Part shown: piece by piece, positions 1-12,910 of the stretch
How positions within the stretch are numbered: the stretch's first letter is position 1
How the letters are laid out: each line of letters starts with the position of its first letter
Assembly (NCBI GenBank): GCA_963514005.1
Contig: OY740788.1
Span: 87,420,001-87,484,000 of the forward strand
Length of the DNA stretch: 64,000 nucleotides
Reading direction: 5' to 3'
Origin: Raja brachyura
Taxonomy: Eukaryota
The notes under the pieces: model-generated
The model's input: only the letters and a program-made list of their open reading frames with translations
Database searches by the model: none
What the model was told of the DNA's origin: nothing
Position numbers and translations under genes: made by a program

Positions 1-270
1 GTGGGAGTTTCCATCGCCCCGACGCGGGGGCTTCGACCATCGGATGCGAGAGCTTAGATCGCCCTGATGGACGGTTCGACTGCCCGGACCGCGCGCGGGA
101 GAATAAAGAGGAAGATTGGACTCTTTTGTCTTCCATCACAGAGGAATGTGGGGAATCCACTGTGGTGGATGTTTATGTTAATTTTTATGTCGTGTTGCTT
201 TTTTCATATGGCTGTATAGTAATTTGCATATCACTGTACCTTAACTAGGAGTTAAGTTCGAAGGTCGATA

Positions 271-426
271 GTTCGAAGGTCTTTTATTGTCACATGTAAG
301 TTCAAAGTTCAAATGTATTTGTCCCGCATCATAAGGTGCAGTAAATTCATTTCACTGCAGCTTATGGTGCATGCGACAAATACATTTAAACTTTGAACTT
401 ACATGTGACAATAAAAGACCGTTGAA
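271..426. repeat. Inverted repeat (hairpin) formed by tail-to-tail LINE/SINE 3' tails
   Basis: ggtcttttattgtcacatgtaagttcaaagttcaaatgtatttgtc (~278-323) is the near-perfect reverse complement of gacaaatacatttaaactttgaacttacatgtgacaataaaagacc (~375-420). The gtgacaataaa motif also ends the Rex1 copy at ~6025. Confidence 0.6.
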
Positions 427-552
427 AACTTGTACATCATGTAGATTTAGCCGTGAAATTATTCTCCCTCTTCATTCCACTCTCTTAACTGAGATCACCT
501 TTCGTGCAACACTTCCCTGGAGCACATCTTATTTAGTTTTGTTTATTATTGG

Positions 553-980
553 TTGAACAAGATAGGTCTTTATTCTTTGGAGCGCAGAAGGTTAAGGGGG
601 GACTTGATTGAGGTCTTTAAAATGATGAAAGGGATAGACAGAGTTGACGTGGATAAGCTTTTCCCATTGAGGGTAGGGAAGATTCAAACAAGAGGGCATG
701 ACATGAGAATTAAGGGTCAGAAGTTTAGGGGTAACATGAGGGGGAACTTCTTTACTCAGAGAGTGGTGGCTGTGTGGAATGAGCTTCCAGCAGAAGTGGT
801 GGAGGCAGGATCGATTTTAACATTTAAAAGTAAAGTGGATGGGTATATGGACGGGAAGGGAATGGAGGGGTATGGTCTGAGTGCAGGTAGATGGGACTAG
901 GGGAAAATAAATGGTCGGCACGGACTGGAAGGGCCGAGAGGGCCTGTTTCCGTGCTGTAATTGTTATATGGTTATGTGGT
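553..980 (+). mobile_element. CR1/HER1-like LINE 3' fragment, subfamily B
   Basis: ORF 553-900 encodes the CR1 ORF2 C-terminus (LGLYSLERRRLRGDLIEVFK...TRGH...FFTQRVVAVWNELP). It is followed by a 3'UTR and a (ttatatgg)n tail. Confidence 0.9.
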
Positions 981-1680
981 TAATATTGTCACATGTACTG
1001 AGGTGCGATGAAAAGCTTTTGTTTGTGTGCTCTCCGGTCAAGGGAAAGGCTATACATGAATATAATCAGGCTGTCCATAGTGCACAGGTAAGCAGTAAAG
1101 GGTACAACATGTCGTGCAAGATATAACGTTGAGGTCTAATTAAAGATAGTTCAAAGGTCTCCAACGAGGTAGCTGGGAGGTCGGCACTCTAACTGGTGAG
1201 AGGACCTTCCAGGAAAGTGTTCTTGTTCCTGAATCCATGGTTGTTGTGGGATGAACGGCTTGTTTCTGTGTTCTATGCTCCATGTCCACACTCTCACACC
1301 ACCTCAGGGGCTTCTCCTCTTCATTTGAACTCTTCAGCTACAAGAGGTCTGCTTGTTATCTCCTGGGTCCCAGCTGAGAAGGTTGAGTGCCTGTAACTGC
1401 CCCCCCGAGCAAACCTTCACTGCATCTGTGCTCCAACTCAGGACAAGGGTGGGCTGCAGGTGCCTGGGTTAAATATCCCCACATCTGCAATCCACCATCC
1501 CCAAGATGGCTGCCAAATCTCCACAAATGGGGCATGTGATGATGGCAGAAGAACCAGGCGAGCAGCTGCGTCCAGGTCCCCAACCCAAAGAAGGTAAGGC
1601 ATCCAGGACGCTCTTGTCACATTGTCCAATCATCCCTGGGACAACTCTGGGACACAACAGTACAGTACAGTACAGTACAG

Positions 1681-2292
1681 GTGGACATTCATGCCATAGA
1701 GGGGGTACAGAGAAGGTTCACCAGACTGATTCCTGGGATGGCAGGACTTTCATATGAGGAAAGACTGGACAGACTCGGCTTGTACTCGCTGGAATTTAGA
1801 AGACTGAGGGGGGATCTTATAGAAACTTACAAAATTCTTAAGGGGTTGGACAGGCTACATGCAGGAAGTTTGTTCCCGATATTGGGGGAAGTCCAGTACA
1901 AGGGGTCACAGTTTAAGGGTAAGGGGGAAATCTTTTAGGACCGAGATGAGAAAAACATTTTTCACACAGAGAGTGGTGAATCTGTGGAATTCTCTGCCAC
2001 AGAAGGTAATTGAGGCCAGTTTATTGGCTATATTTAAGAGGGAGTTAGATGTGGCCCTTGTGGCTAAAGGGATCAGGGGGTATGGAGAGAAGGCAGGTAT
2101 GGGATACTGAGTTGGATGATCAGCCATGATCATAGAAACATAGAAAAATAGGTGCAGGAGTAGGCCATTCGGCCCTTCGAGCCTGCACCGCCATTCAATA
2201 TGATCATGGCTTATCATCCAACTCAGTATCCTGTACCTGCCTTCTCTCTGTACCCCCTGCCTACTCCTGCACCTGTGTTCTATGTTTCTATG
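1681..2292 (+). mobile_element. CR1/HER1-like LINE 3' fragment, subfamily A, with a short inverted copy of its own 3' end at ~2131-2258
   Basis: Frameshifted CR1 C-terminus (IEGVQRRFTRLIPG...RRLRGDLIETYK...TRGHSL...WNSLP) ending in a (tttctatg)n tail. The reverse-complement 3'UTR begins catagaaacatagaaaaatagg at ~2131. Confidence 0.85.
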
Positions 2293-3379
2293 TTATGCAT
2301 TTATAATGTGCCCTTCAGCACTTATAGAGCACCTTCTGGCAAACTTGCAGTGAATAATTTAGTTGTTCTAATAAACCTAGAGTTGATTTACCAGGTATTT
2401 AGCTGCTTATGGGAAGTACATAGGTTTGAAATGGTGCCGTCCTCCCCCCAGACCCCCATGGTTATTCCAGAGTTGAGGAATCCTCCAGAAACATCTCAGC
2501 AAGCTGCAGCATCTGCAGCCACACGGCACGCCTTCAATCCCCTGCCCCCAACCGGTCGGTCTGCCCTTGGGAGGAAATGTCAATCTGTATGTTGTTCACA
2601 CATTCCTGGAGCAGGGCTCGAACTCACTACCTTCTGACTCAGAGGTGAGGGTGCGACACCCACTGAGCCAAGCATGACAGCTCCTTGTTAAACATCTCCT
2701 GACTCACTCTCACCTACGAGTTAGAAAGTTAATGCTGCGCTCAGAACCTGGTGTCAGCAGAGTGCAAAAATGAGGAGTCAGAAGTGCTGCCTTTGAAATT
2801 AAATGTCAACACACTATAGTCTTGCAGTCAACACTGTCCAAACCCAGCACCGCAGGTAAGCGCCAAATACCCCCAGGGCATCACTTGACGGGTGGTTCCT
2901 GTCAAAATATCCTTCTCAGGACATACATTTCATATCCCCCCCAAAAAACTGGTTATTGGACTATGGTAGACAAAAATGCTGGAGAAACTCAGCGCGTGAG
3001 GCAGCATCTATGGAGCAAAATAAACAGACAACGTTTCAGGTCCCAACCCTTCTTCAAACTATTATCTGACTATTATTGTTTGCTATTCATCAACTCCTGC
3101 CTTGTACAAACAGAATCCACACGTTTTTCTAAATAATTTACTGGTTGTAAAAGTGCTTTCGGAAACGAACGGCATCCCGCATTTATTCACCACCTCCCAG
3201 GAGCCCAGGGGGTGCCAGAAAGAATCATTTCTGATTATATACTTTCCGAAGCGCTGTCACTGTTATAACGCACCAAGCTCTGAGGAAGCAGGACATGATG
3301 TTTGTGACCTCGACACGCCAGGCTGCCAAATCATAGGCTCAATACTCAGCTCCATCACGGAGGAACGAGGTTCAACAAT

Positions 3380-4260
3380 CCTTCCTGCACCGTTGGAATC
3401 TTACAACCAGTGTACGCTGCCCTCGGGATGGCTGCTCCGGGGAGGAGACGGTTGCCCACCTCTTTGTAGAGCGTGGATGTGCGAAGAGAGCCTGGAGAAT
3501 GACACAAGGGTTCTTGTCATGGTTTATCCCAAACAGCTGGGGTGGCAGGGAGGTGCAGCGGTACAGTTGCACCCTTACAGCACGGAGACCCCGGTTCCAT
3601 CCCAACCAAGGGTGCTGTCTGTATGGAGTTTGTACGCTCTCCCCGTGACTGTGTGGGTTTTATCCAAGATCTTCCGTTTCTCCCACACTCCAAAGACGTA
3701 CAGGTTTGTTGGGTAATTGGCTTGGTATAAATATAAATTGGTCCTAGTGTGTGTAGGAATGATAGTGTTAATGTGCGGGGACTGCTGGTCGGTGTGGACT
3801 TGGTCGGCTGAAGGGCCTGTTTCCATGCTGTCTTCTAAAAAGAGCTGGCTTTCCTGGAATGTGCAGACTCGGTGGGCTGAAGGGCCTGTTTCCGTGCTGT
3901 ATCTCTAACCTAAACTATGCTCCGTAACAGAGGACTTTCTGACATAAATGGTTCCCAGGAACATACTCAGAGACGGACAGCAAGTGCTGCCGGATGGTCA
4001 TGAATTTGTTGAGACTCTCTTTGATCTGCCTGAAACTTGATCTCCCAACACAGCGAGATGCCCGTCGGGGAATGTTGCCGACTGGCCCATTCTAGACTGC
4101 AGGAGTACGTGCTGAGGGACGCACTGAAGCTTGGTGCAGCCAATGCCAAGGCTGCTTGGTGGAGGACCACAGTCTAAGGTCCTTCCACCGATGCACATTG
4201 GGGGCAGGGTCTCGGGGTGCAACCCTTCAAATAAGGGAAGGGATATCAAGTCACAGGGGC
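3380..4260 (+). mobile_element. Degenerate Tx1/L1-clade LINE 3' fragment split by a V-SINE
   Basis: The zinc-knuckle-like CPRDGCSGEETVAHLF lies at ~3418-3465. C-terminal CCRLAHSRLQEYVLRDALKLGAANAKA at ~4074-4153 is nearly identical to the copy at 46035-46552. Confidence 0.7.
3548..3917 (+). mobile_element. V-SINE (HE1-like)
   Basis: tRNA-like head (gcagcggtacagttg...ccggttccatccc), V-domain core (ggagtttgtacgctctccccgtgactgtgtgggttt), and CR1-like 3' tail (gaagggcctgtttccgtgctgtatctctaa, duplicated). Confidence 0.8.
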
Positions 4261-4869
4261 ACATCAGTGGCGAGTGCCAGGTAAAATGGTAGTTTTCGCA
4301 ACATTACCAAACATAACCAAATGAACGTATGTTTAGCCGCTGCGAATGTCAGAAGCGTTTTTGCACGGATCTCATTTGGTGTATATTTTTTATTATTCTG
4401 AATACAATTTATTTTTGGAAAATTGCACCAACAAAGATAAGGGGCTTCAAGGCAATTAAGCCTTTTTTGAAAGCTGACTTCATTCTGAATGGCTCTATGA
4501 TGGATGCATTGGTTGGTATCATGGCTCGCACACTCTGTGGTGCAAATGCAAGCTGGAGATGGATTTCCTTGGGAAGCTGGATTTGAGGAGGGTTTTCCCG
4601 ATGGATGGAGTCAAGCCAGTACCAGACACCCGAGGCAGATAAATGCGTCTTCATGGGGAGAGGTTAGGAAGTAGGCAGGAAAAGATTCAAGGATGTGCTC
4701 CATCTCCTTGAAGGCAATAATCTGAGAATCTCTAACCCATGGAATCTCCAAGTGGAGAAGCAGCATTCAAGATGGTATGGAGAACCTCAAGGGCATACAT
4801 TGGGAGCACACAGCATCAGCAGAAGGAGCGCGCCAACCTGACAAACCTCTCACCCACTCCCCATCAGCC

Positions 4870-6058
4870 ACAGTCTGCCGTTCCCTCTCAGGACCCATAG
4901 AGGAAGTAAATCATCCTCGAATAACTGCTCGGCATTTAACACAATCATCCCCTCCAAGCTGGTTACCAAACTGGGTCCCCTCCAAGCTGGTTACCAAACG
5001 CATCCCTCTGCAATTGGATCCTCGACTTTCTCATCCACAGACCATAGTCTGTTCGTATTGGTGGAAATGTGTCAGACTCGATAACAATCAGCACGGGAGC
5101 ACCTCAAGGCTGCGTGCTCAGCCCCCTGCTGTACTCACTCTATACTCATGACTGCGTAGCCGGTCATAGTGTGAACTCCATCATCAAGTTCACTGACGAC
5201 ACCACTGTTGTGGGACGTAACACTGATGGGGATGAGTCAGAGTATATAAGAGAAATCGAGCAACTGTCCATATGGTGCCAGCACAATAACCTGGCCCTCA
5301 ACACCAGCAAAACCAAGGAACTGATTGTGGACTTTGGAAGGAGTAGGATGGGGACCCACAGTCCTGTTTATATAAACGGGTCAATGGTTGAAAGGGTCAA
5401 GAGCTTCAAATTCCTGGGCGTGCTCATCTGTGAAGATCTTTCCTGGTCCGAGAACACAGATGCAATTATTAAGAAAGCTCATCAGCGCCTCTACTTCCTG
5501 AGAAGATTACGGAGAGTTGGTCTGTCAAGGAGGACTCTCTCTAACTTCTACAGGTGCACAGTAGAGAGCTTGCTGACCGGTTGCATCGTGGCTTGGTTCG
5601 GCAATTTGAGTACCCTGGAGAGGAAAAGTCTACAAAAAGTAGTAAACACTGCCCAGTTCATCATCGGCTCTGACCTTCCTTCCATCGAGGGGATTTATCG
5701 CAGTCGCTGCCTCAAAAAGGCTGGCAGCATCATCAAGGACCCACACCACCCTGGCCACACACTCATCTCCCTGCTACCTTCGGGTAGAAGGTACAGGAGC
5801 CTGAAGACTGCAAGAACTCGGTTTAGGAATAGCTACTTCCCCACAGCCATCAGGCTATTAAACCTGGCTCGGAACTCTGAACATTAATATCCCTCCATCT
5901 GTTATTTGCACTTTATTAATTTATTAATTCATGGGTGTATTTATGTATAGAATTGTAGTCAATGCCTCCTATGTTCTGTTGTGCTATGCAAAGAAAGATT
6001 TTCATTGGCCTATCAGGGACACATGACAATAAACTCTTTTGACTCTTTGACTCTTTTG
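4870..6058 (+). mobile_element. Rex1/Babar-clade LINE, 3' part of the RT ORF
   Basis: ORF 5069-5887 contains GAPQGCVLSPLLYSLYTHDC, KFTDDTTVVG, KKAHQRLYFLRRL and FRNSYFPTAIRLLN. The tail is gacaataaa plus (gactcttt)n. Confidence 0.85.
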
Positions 6059-6194
6059 AAGACAGAGATGGAATGACTTCACATATCTAAAAGGTTCCCT
6101 TTCTATTCAAGTCTTTCTGAAGCTGAATCCACCAGTTGGTGATTACTGCACATCCCAGCTGGCCAGCTCTTACTGGAGAACATAGACAATTTTC

Positions 6195-6940
6195 TAAATG
6201 GGGGCAGAATCCAGAAATCGGAGCTGCAAAGGGACTTGGGAATGCTGGTGCAGGATTCCCAATAAGTTAATTTGATAGTCAAATTGGTAATTGGGAAGGC
6301 AAATGCAATGCTAGCATTTATTTCGAGAGGACTAAAATATAAAAACAGGGATGTATTGCTGAGGCTTCAGAAGGCGAGTGAATATTGTGAGCAGATTTGG
6401 GCCCCATATCTGAGGGAAGATGTGCTGACGGTGGAGAGGGTCCAGAAGAGGTTTATAAGAATGATCCCATATGATGAGCATTTGATGGCACTGGGCCTCT
6501 ACTCGCTTGAGTTTGGGATAATAAGAGATAGGAGTAGAATTAGGCCATTCGGCCCATCAAGTCTACTCTGCCATTCAATCATGGCTGATGTATCTCTCCT
6601 TCCTAACCCCATTCTCCTGCCTTCTCCCCATAACCTCTGACACCTGTACTAGTCAAGAAACTATCCATCTTTGCCTTAAACATATCCACTGACTATCCCT
6701 CCACAGCCTTCAGGGTTAGGGGACACATCATTGCAACTTACCGAATAGTGAAAGCCCTGGATAGAGTGGATGTGGAGAGGATGTTTCCACCAGTGGGAAT
6801 GTCTAAGGCCAGAGGCCATTGCCTCAGAATAAAAGGACATACCTTTAGGAAGGAGATGAGGAGGGTGGTGAATCTGTGGAATTAATTGCCACAGATGGCA
6901 GTGGAGGCCAAGTCAATGGATTTTTAAGGCAGAGACCGAT
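6195..6940 (+). mobile_element. Older CR1 fragment interrupted by an opposite-strand CR1 3' end (~6520-6712)
   Basis: KANAMLAFISRGL...EYCEQIWAPYLREDV...ERVQKRF motifs resume after ~6712 (gaatagtgaaagccctggatagagtgg...). Confidence 0.7.
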
Positions 6941-6946
6941 AGAGTC

Positions 6947-7178
6947 CTGGCGAACTTACCTTAAGACTTCGCTCCAAGTTCGCCTCACTTTGCGCCGCGT
7001 TGCGCCACTCACCCGACCTCCGCGCGGCCCTCGCTGCCGGTTTGGTCGCGCTTGCCGCATGCAGGCGCATGCTGGTGGGAACGGCCCTGTACAAGGGGTC
7101 ACCCGACCTCCGCGCGGCCCCCGCTTCTAGTTTGATCGCGCTCATCGCATGGAGTCGGATGCTGGTAGGACAGGCCCT
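6947..7178 (-). mobile_element. Truncated Harbinger-like MITE with a duplicated terminus
   Basis: Reverse complement of the left ~130 bp of the element at 55900-56582. The terminal block (acccgacctccgcgcggccc...gctggtRggaMMggccct) occurs twice; the final copy is followed by taa. Confidence 0.7.
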
Positions 7179-9118
7179 TAAATGCTTTTCTCAGGCAGCG
7201 TGAAGTGTGGATAGAATTAGGGTGAGGCTGGTTGACGTGACGGACTGGGCTGCATCCACAAATCTGCAGTGTCTTGCTATCTTTGACAGAGCAATAACGC
7301 ATCATCATAGGATACGTTCTAAACACACTGAAGAAAGCACCCTCTATCGGAATGCATCACATTCTAGTTTGGCAACTGCGAGTGACTGGCAGAACATGCA
7401 AAACCACACACACAGTGCCAGAAGTCACAGTTGAACCCGAGTCACTGGAATCACAAGACATTTGGACTAGTAGATAGACACAAAATGCTGGTCCCAGTCC
7501 GAAGAAGGTTCTTGACCCGAAACGTCACCCATTCCTTCTCTCCAGAGAAGCTGCCTGTCCCACTGAGTTACTCCAGCTCTTGTGTCTATTTTGGGTTTAA
7601 ACCAGCATCTGCAGTTCCTTCCCACACAGGACAACTAGATGTGCCACTGTGCACAAGTTTCAGCTGGGCCATTCCAATGGGAGGTAGCAGTGACCCTAGC
7701 TGTCTACTCCTCCACTTCTGCTGCCCGGCCATTCCCAACATTGCCAGTCTTTGGCGTAAACAATCCTGTGCACTACCGCCACGGAAGCAACAATGGGATT
7801 ACATTATTTTTGTAAATAACAGAAACAAGTCAAGCTGCCCTACCATGAGATAAAGCTTCTGGTCACCAATTCCCAAAAGAAAGCGAGGCTGTTGGAAATT
7901 ATGCACAATCGCTGGTTTCCAAGGCAACGCTCCTTCGATTCCAGGAACTGAGGGAGTGTGGGAAATGTTGATCTGCTATCTACCTTGCTCAGAAATGAAT
8001 TCAAATACTCCTGCAGCAGATTCGCAGTCTTGCGAACAAGTAAAGGTCAAGATCTCATCAGCTTATGAATTCATAGACATGTTCTTCACTCCAGTATTTA
8101 CAATTTCCACAGTACACGGGGGTTCCGAAGGCAAATCCTTTTGAGATAATTTCCAAGAGATTTGTACTGTAATTGTAATATTCAAGCACTGGAAGTGAAT
8201 GGAAAGTGATATGTGGTTCCTACTGCACACTTTGAACTCGGGAAGACCAAAGGCACTGCAAAACCGGCGCACTATTGCACTAGAATCAATTTGTTGGTTA
8301 AACTGTAAGCAGCAAGCCCCTACAAAATAGATCTATGATAGCAACCATGATCCATAATTATTTTAAATGTTGATGGTATCTCCAGAGAACGTTTGCATGA
8401 TGAAAGATTGGATAAACCGACTTGACCTTGTCTTCACCAATCCACCCTTGGCAAATGCCCCTGTTCATGACAGCAGTTGTAGCATAATCATGTTAGATGC
8501 GCTAGATCTAAACTAGATCACACAGCACAAAACTGGGTATTTAATTGACACTGTGAATCATCAGCAGCAGCAGAAATTATACACACCCCCCCCCCCCCCC
8601 CCCCACCGGTGGCCTGGTGTCTTCCACACTCACCATTACAGTCTGTGCAAGGGATCGACCCTAGGTCAGGATGGGGTGCAGAGGACATGCTGGGAGCAGC
8701 ACCAGGAATACCTGAAGGTGATGAGGTGCCAGGCCAGTGGAGCTGCAACACAGCACGACACGTGTGCTCAACAGCAGAAGCAGCGAGGAGCGGTCCCACA
8801 GCTAGCGGATCAGACTGAAGGAGGAAGGGGGCTGCTAGCACATTGCCATTCCTGCTGCGAGTGGGGTCCTGTGTGTGTGTGCGAATGATAAAGAGAAGCC
8901 TTAAGGACTCACTCCAGCGTTCAGCTCAAAGTGCCAATCCCCACCATCACAAAAGCCAGCTACTTTGTTTCATTCCCTGTGTTCTCAAGAATTGGCTGGG
9001 AGTACTGGAAATAGCAGAGACCTTGGAACTCAGGCAACATGCCAACATGCTCCAATTCTGAAGACCTGCCCTCCAGAACTATCTGTGCCTCTGGTCAAAT
9101 TGTTCCAGTACAGTTATG

Positions 9119-9292
9119 CAGTGCCCTCCATAATGTTTGGGACACAGACCCATCATTTATTCATTCGCCTCTGTACTCCACAAGTTGAGATTTGTAATAG
9201 ATAAAAATCACATGTGGTTAAAGTGCACATTGTCAGATTTTACTAAAGGCCATTTTTATACATTTTGGTTTCACCATGTAGAAATTACAGCT
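9119..9292 (+). mobile_element. Solo, truncated Tc1 terminal inverted repeat
   Basis: cagtgccctccataatgtttgggaca...gtggttaaagtgcacattgtcaga matches the TIR of the Tc1 at 22918-24546. Confidence 0.85.
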
Positions 9293-9320
9293 AGCCCTAG
9301 CCCTAACCCTAATGCAAGGG

Positions 9321-9600
9321 CTATTTGAAGTTAGAGAAGTCAATGTTCATACCGCTGGGGTGTAAACTACCCAAGCGAAATACGAGGTGCTGGGCCTCAC
9401 TCTGACAATGGAGGAGGCCCAGGACAGAGAGGTCAGATTGGGAATGGGAGGGGGAGTTGAAGTGTTGAGCAACCGGGAGTTCAGGTAAATTAAGACGGAC
9501 TGAGCGGAGGTGTTCAGCGAAACAATCGCCGAGCCTCACGGACTGAGGGAGGTGTTCAGCGAAACAATCGCCGAGCCTCACGGACTGAGGGAGGTGTTTC
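9321..9600 (-). mobile_element. Penelope-like element C-terminal (GIY-YIG region) fragment
   Basis: RLGDCFAEHLRSVR...PVAQHFNSPSHS...HLVFRLGSLHPSGMNIDF, with an internal ~43-bp tandem duplication. Confidence 0.75.
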
Positions 9601-10024
9601 TTACACAAAGACTGTCATTGACACCAATTCGTCATAAACGGCTCATCAGAAGTACGGCTCCAGACCTCATCATAACCTTGGACCATGCGTGGGCCGTATA
9701 GGTGACATCAGGAGGCGAGAGTGATTGCCTGACATCAAGGCAACACTCGATTGAGCGTGGCATCAACAGATAAAACAGACGTCACACAACAGATGATGGC
9801 AGCGATTGTTCCTCAGGGCAGTGTCCTAGATGCTTCATCAGTGACCTTCTTTCTTCATAAAGCCAGAAAAGGGGATGTTGACTGATACTCAATGACATTC
9901 ACAACTCAACACATGATGCATCCCATGTTAGACCTGTACAATATTAGGGCATGGGCTGATAAATGTCTACAAGTAACATACGTGAGTGCCAGGCAATGAC
10001 TATCTCCATCGGCAGATGATATAA

Positions 10025-10470
10025 CCACATACCCCATATTCCGCTTGGGTCGCTTACAACCCAAAGGTATGAACATTAAATTCACCAATTTTAGGTAACT
10101 ACCAGATCTCCCCTCCCTGTTCTTCCCCACTCTGGGCTGCACCACCTGCACCCATTTCTCCCCTCCCCCTTCCATCTACATTCCTTCATCTAGCTTCACA
10201 ATCCTATTGCCTCACACCTTCTGCCTTTTCATCTCCTGTCTCTATTCAACCATCTGCCTCCAAACCCCCCTTTACTTGTACCCACCTGTTGCTTGTCAAG
10301 CTTTGGCCTGGCCCTCCCCTCTTCTCGTATTCTACCACCTGCCATCCGCAATGTCTGAAGAAGGGTCCTGACCTGAAACATCACATACCCATGTTATCCA
10401 AAGATGCTGCTTGACTGGCTGAGTTACTCCAGCACTTTGTGTCTTTTTTGTAAACCAGCTTCCGCAGTTG
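10025..10470 (+). mobile_element. Penelope-like element 3' end with pLTR (degenerate hammerhead at ~10355)
   Basis: IFRLGRLQPKGMNIKF, a pyrimidine-rich 3' region, then ctgaagaagggtcctgacctgaaacatc...gatgctgc...ctgagttactccagc. Confidence 0.7.
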
Positions 10471-10675
10471 CTACTAACCACCAATCCTTGACGTTCTATG
10501 ACATTCCGTCCCACTCTCAATATATTGGAGAGACCATTAGTGAGAAGCTCAACCTGGACCAGACAAACATATAGAGACTGGGGATCGTGCAACAACGGGA
10601 ATAATCTGCAGTGGGTTAAGCAGTATCTGGTGAGGGGAAAGGAATGGTTGCCGTTTAGTATTGAAACTGGATTAG

Positions 10676-11736
10676 TAGGTATGTTACAAAACTTACCTTC
10701 AGCGGTGCTGCAGTTCTGCCGCTGGCCGTGTGCGCGACTTTGGTGCCTTTAAGGGGGGGGGGGGGGGGGGGGGCGGGGTTAAAATGCGGTTTTCCCCTTG
10801 CCACCGGAATTGTATTTTCTCGGAGTGCGAGCTATTTCTGGAGATTTGTTCCCACTGCCGGTAAGTTAATTTTTTTTTTAAATCGCCCGACTATTTCAGC
10901 GCTGGAGTAAAATAAAAATTAGCTCCTAATGCCGTGAACGCCGACAACGGGGACGGATTTTACGTAGGGGACAGGTAAGTGAAAGCTGTTTATTTTTACA
11001 TATAAAACTTGCTTGTTTAGATGACCAATCAACATTTCATGTTGCAAAACGGTGATTTAGTCCCCATACGAACCGGCAGTATTTGTCCTGCTGATATTGG
11101 GTTTAAATTCACCGCAACCGCAACGTTCTAATACATCGCATTCCAGAAAATCCCACTCGCAAGCTGTTTAAAATGCCCATTAATTTATGGGAATTAAACA
11201 CTAAATTCCTTCAATTTGGCCCATAAATTAATAACAATGAGATTTAAAAATCATGTTATATTGTTAATTCTTGTGTGAATGTTATTTGGACACTTAGGCT
11301 TTAAAAAAAAAGTTAAGATTTTCTTATAGATGTTTATGGATAGATGTTTATATCTAGTGATTGAATTTTGTAATTAGCTACAATTAGGTAACTAACTAAT
11401 TATATGCTTTAATTTCAGGTCATCCAAGTAAGATTGTTTCATATTAGTTTCAGAATGCTTCAATCTATAATAACTGAAAATAAATTTCAGTTCTCTGAAT
11501 TTTTAAGAAAGTTATGGGCTTTTGACTGTCCTCGATCACAGCTTTTGTGTTAAGTCAATGGAAAAGCAATGGGGGAACAAGATGCTAATTTCCGAGTATG
11601 AAAATGGCCATAACTTTTTTAATACTGAAGATATGAAAGTGAATTAGGTGTCAAATTAAACTTCTTTTTATGCTTTATCTGATGGGATAAATTGCAGACT
11701 TGTGTTTTAAAATCTTAAAATTTTGTAATATTGCTA
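10676..11736 (+). mobile_element. Non-autonomous DNA transposon (~1.06 kb, TAG...CTA ends, 7-bp TSD)
   Basis: Imperfect TIR taggtatgttacaaaa / ttttgtaatattgcta. Direct repeat ggattag at 10669-10675 and 11737-11743. A second copy lies in opposite orientation at 52977-53987. Strand is arbitrary. Confidence 0.85.
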
Positions 11737-11844
11737 GGATTAGGACTGAGAATGGAGGGGGAAAATGGCCTGTATAATGGGGTGAGGAGGGGTGAGATAG
11801 GGGACCAGAAGGTGATAGGTGGAACCAGGTATGGAGGGGTATCA

Positions 11845-12910
11845 CACCACAGATTCAGGGATAGTTTCTTCCCAGCTGTTATCAGGCAACTGAATCATTC
11901 TACCACAAACAGAGAGCGGTGCTGAACTACCATCTACCTCCAATGTCCCTTGGGCTACCCTTGACTGCACTTTGCTGGCTTTACCTTGCACTGAACATTA
12001 TTCCCTCATCATGGAACTATATAGATTGATTGTTATCATGTATTGTCTTTCCGCTGACTGGTTAGCACGCAACGAAAGATTTTCACTGTACCTCGGTACA
12101 CGTGACAATGAACTAAACGGAAACTGATGGGCAGATGGAGTCAGGTGAGTGTGGGGATAGGAGAACGGGAATGAAGGGAGAGGAAACACAGGCCAATGGG
12201 CATATGCAGCCAGGATGGGGATAGTGATGACTCTCGGCAGGAGGTGGGCCGTAACGGCCGCACAACGACAGACCCTGGGTGGACTGAGAGAGGAACACAG
12301 GTGGTGGGGGACATCTGAAATTGGAAAATTCAAATGTTCATGCCCTTGGGCCGTAGAATACAAGGTGTTTTCCATCAGGAAGCCTGGCTCCATCCTGGGG
12401 GTGGAGTTGGATTCACTGGAGATGGTCTTGGAGGGGAGGGTGAGCCTCAAACCTCAGGGCATCCTGGACAATACAGCTCACCCCCTCCACGACACACTGG
12501 TCAACCTGTGGAGCACCTTCAGCAACAGGCTGGTTCCACCAAGATGCAGCAAGGAACACCACAAGACATCAATTTCATTGTGGCTATCAAACTGTACAAC
12601 TCCTGCCCCTTCTGTCATGGGGTAGACTGACCCCCCACCCCCTCCACAATCTTTACACATCCCAAATCCTGGACTTTTCACTCATCACTTCTTCCTGAAC
12701 CACTGCAGTGGTTAAACTCCCACAGCTAGGAGGAACAGGCTCCTTACACTAAACCTGCTGAGCCTAGTCAAAATGTTGTATGTCTCAATGAGATTTCAAA
12801 TATTCAAATACGTGAAATTAAATTAAATTCACGTTTCATGTATCTTGTGTTTTATGACTGTTGGCTGACCCATTTCCCTCCTGGGATAAATACAGTTTTA
12901 TCATATCGTA
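11845..12910 (+). mobile_element. Two degenerate Rex1/Babar 3' fragments (~11845-12125 and ~12360-12910)
   Basis: RFRDSFFPAVIRQLN; ILDNTAHPLHDTL...FIVAIKLYN; gtgacaat-type tail on the first fragment. Confidence 0.6.

Noticed and set aside
7981-8062. Possible minus-strand exon ending AAG|GTAGAT
   Set aside because: Weak donor, in-frame stop just upstream, no ATG or good acceptor, no recognisable homology.
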